From assembly GCF_009914755.1 (NCBI RefSeq), contig NC_060932.1: a stretch of DNA of 64,000 nt; one strand, written 5' to 3'. The translations under genes and the position numbers were made by a program. The stretch is from the human T2T-CHM13v2.0 reference genome, Homo sapiens. The notes beneath the pieces were generated by a model, which made no database searches, was not told where the DNA came from, and saw nothing but the letters and a program-made list of their open reading frames with translations. This document shows, one piece after another, positions 60,580 to 64,000 of the stretch (its first letter is position 1; each line of letters starts with the position of its first letter).

Positions 60580-61149
60580 AAGGAGAGAAGAAATATTTTC
60601 TAAATGAGAAGTTCAGTTGCTTTCTTCTCATTTTACTCTTAAAGCACAAAAAGCAAACTTTGGAACTCCCAATACAATTTAATCACAGAGGCATTAGTCA
60701 TGGATATTTAATCATTCCTAATGGCAAAATTGTAAAACTCTCTGGCCACTTTCATGAACACTCTTTCTTAGAGTTTCTGAAAAGGTGGTGCCCCACTGTC
60801 CCCATGACTGCAGGAAATAAAAAGTGAAAGTAGGATAAGGCTCTTCTGTGGACCTGGCCCACATGGTCCACAGCTGGGTAACCGGTGATACGAATGGCAA
60901 GTTTTCTCATTTGTGCCCACAGACATAGTTTCACCAAGATTGGAAACTGGTAGGGAGACTTTTATAGAAACTCAGCCCACTCATAAAGGCTGATCCTACC
61001 GGGAACCAAGCTTTGGGGCTTACCCAACCAAACTGTGAAACAAGTGTACTCATTCAACATCCACTTGAATGGTGACTGTATAGAGTAGATGTGCCAGGTG
61101 TCAGGGGACAATGGCTACCAAGACAGCAAGTTCCCTTCTGGTGGTGGAA

Positions 61150-61440
61150 ATGCCCCCTTCTCTCAAAATAAGAGTAAATACATGGAGAGTCAGTTCTGGG
61201 ATGAGCAGCAGGAAGGGTTTTCCAGGAAGAGGCTATGACACATGCAAAGATGGAGAAGAGCTGGGTACATCCAAGGGACTGAAACAAGATCAGGGCATCT
61301 TCAGAGCAGTGACGGGAAGTGGCAGAGGATGAGGTGGAATTCGCAGGGGATTTAAGGCCATGGTGAACAGTGGGGATGTCATTCTCAGGGCAGTAGAGAG
61401 CTGCAGAAGGAGTTTAAACAGAGCAGAGGCATGAGGTTGG
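61150..61440 (-). mobile_element. L2 fragment
   Basis: ttccaggaagagg...catgcaaag...aggccatggtgaa...gaaggagtttaaacagag. Confidence 0.55.
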
Positions 61441-61530
61441 ACTTGGGCAACCCTGGCCTCTCTTTCACACCCTTCAAGGTACCCACCTCACCCCTGCCCC
61501 CCTATGTTCTTAGCTGCCCTCAAATCCTAG

Positions 61531-61840
<310 letters not shown>

Positions 61841-63049
61841 CTCACATCCTAGATTTCTAAAATGACTTTCAATCTTAAGAGGCAAACACCAGAAGACATC
61901 TTCAGGATTTTGCACTGTAATGGCAGTCAAAACCTCAACAACAAGGTTGATTATCTGACTACAGAATTACAGGTGTTGACCAGGAGGCAGGAGGAATTGG
62001 TAGAACGTTCTTTAATTATGGGCTGTTCTCCCAGTTCATCACATACCTCACAAAGGGTTCAGATTTAGTCTCAAAGGAAGCTGAGAAAGCACCTTTTGCC
62101 TGTTTTCCTGATGGTGGGACAACAGAACCATCGCCATATAGAGGGCAGGATTAGAACCCTAGGGTCTTAACAACAGAAAGGATCCTTGAGTTCCTTTGAG
62201 CCACAGCCCACCCATCACCCGGGCTCTTCTGAAGGGCAGGCTAAAATGGTTTTCTTTACTTCTATCAGGTTTGCATAAGTGGCATCTCATAATGTTTTTC
62301 ATCTAAGAAGGGCTAATGAGTGGAGAAAGAGCCAGTGGAGTCTAGGTTATCCACAAATTAGACACCTAATCTTGATGTCATAAGAGGTGGTGTTTCATTT
62401 TCAGGAGAAATCAACGTAAACCTTGAATAACTGAGCTGACATCTATTGCATTATTTCCCACTTAGTCTTAGCATGCATGGCTTTAGGGTATTTTTCTAAT
62501 ATATCTTTGTCTCCTCTGAATCTTTGAAATCTTATCAGGCAGCTGTTGCAATACATCTTTTGAATTTTGGAAATTTTAATGTAATAAAGCAATTACCTGT
62601 TGCCTGAAGACAGTGTCAAATATTATCAGGTGGATCTCAGAAGCCCCAAGAAATTTCTTCTCTCTTCTACCTTTCTTCCTCCCCACCAAATCACACTCCC
62701 CCACCCCCACCAACACATACATCTTTATTCTCCCTTCAAAACCCCAGCCTTGGCTTGGCACATGGACTCCTTTTCAACCGTTCACTCTGGCTAACCCATT
62801 TCCTGCCCCAGCCTGTACAAGGCTAGCACAGTGATTGTTCCATTTGCTCTGCAAAAAGTCAAATGTCACCCTCTGATGTTTACTTGCTTTGACGTCTCTT
62901 GGCCATGGTATGTGGGGAAACTTACCTGCTCCATGACACTCCTCCTTACCCTTGATTGTGGGCACACAGGCTCTTCTAGTTGCAATTGCTCATTTCTACC
63001 CGCACATCCTTTCAGTGGTAGGACTTCTTATCATCTTACTAACAAAAAT

Positions 63050-63262
63050 AGCAACAACACTTACCAGGGACTTACTGTGAGTCAGATGCTCTTCTAAGCA
63101 CATTTGGATCTCTTAGCTCATTTAACCCTCGCAATAACCATCTGAGGTCGATGCAATCATAGACTCTATTTACAAACAAGGAAACCAAGACACTGAGAGG
63201 CTAAAGTCACCTGTCCAAGGTCACCAAGGTACTAAGTGGCAAAATCAGGGCTCTTAACCACC
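63050..63262 (-). mobile_element. MIR
   Basis: ctcatttaaccctcgcaataacc...atttacaaacaaggaaaccaagacactgagaggcta...ccaaggtcac. Confidence 0.75.
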
Positions 63263-64000
63263 GGGGGTCTTCTCTGCTTATTTTCTTCTTTTCCATTAAT
63301 CTCCTAGACCAAATTCAACCAGCTCTCACTACTCTGTGCCAAGCACCTTGCCAGGCACTTGGGATTCAAGGATGAAGAAGTTGAAGCCTTGCCTGCAGTC
63401 TAATTGAGATAAGCAGGCACGTAGTAGACTAGAATGTGCTGGGTGGGGAAGGGGAGGTCTGGCCAGGGTGCTGTAGAAAGACTTCGAAGGCAAGTTGGAG
63501 CCTGTGATACCTTATCTGAAACATTTACATGAGTGTATGTGATAGTGCTCTGTAAACCGTATAAGCTTCTCTTCCACTGCAAGATGTTATTTTGTTTGCT
63601 TCCTTCTGTCTCTTTCTTCAACTTTTGAAACCTCAATTATCTTTCCCTTTTACTCCAGGAGAAGAGTATTTGAACTTAGCTGTGCGTTAAAATCACCCGT
63701 GTGGCCCCGGCTGGCTGCTTTTCCTCCTGCCTATGCAGTTGACCAGTTTCTCAGTCCCTTACACTCAGAGGTGGTGTGTGCCTGCGGCTGGCCGACAGAG
63801 TGAGGATGGAAGTAATGCTGCTCACCCCCAAGCCTGGCCCATAACACCTCTCTTGAATCCTTCTTCCCTTCCTCCCCTCTCCCAGATGGATTTGAGCATC
63901 CAGTGGAAGACTCTGGGGGGATTTCAGTTTGAGAATCACTGACCCCATATATTTGTTTTAACCACTGCTCACTACCTTTGCTACATTCAGCAGGTTCAGC

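Overview
Hominoid (human or ape) non-coding DNA, intronic or intergenic. The assignment rests on many AluJ/AluS copies, a full-length L1PA4-type LINE-1 and a BC200 retrocopy. I find no cellular protein-coding gene: the long ORFs come from the decayed L1 (32.6-38.8 kb) or are artefacts of a 1.7 kb (CAC)n low-complexity repeat (57.2-59.0 kb). The rest is MIR, L2, old L1M, MaLR/ERV LTRs, hAT/mariner fossils and microsatellites. Most notable structures: (1) a 109-bp-arm near-perfect palindrome, apparently made by fold-back synthesis during a 5'-truncated Alu insertion, because the target-site duplication encloses both the inverted copy and the Alu; (2) a BC200/BCYRN1 retrocopy with TSD inside a MER5; (3) the structured (CAC/TGG)n array, flanked by two Alus sharing a likely gene-conversion tract; (4) two short local duplications; (5) candidate plus-strand lncRNA exons and enhancer-like unique segments. 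I could not identify the locus. Repeat subfamily calls come from remembered consensus sequences, and boundaries of old repeats are approximate.
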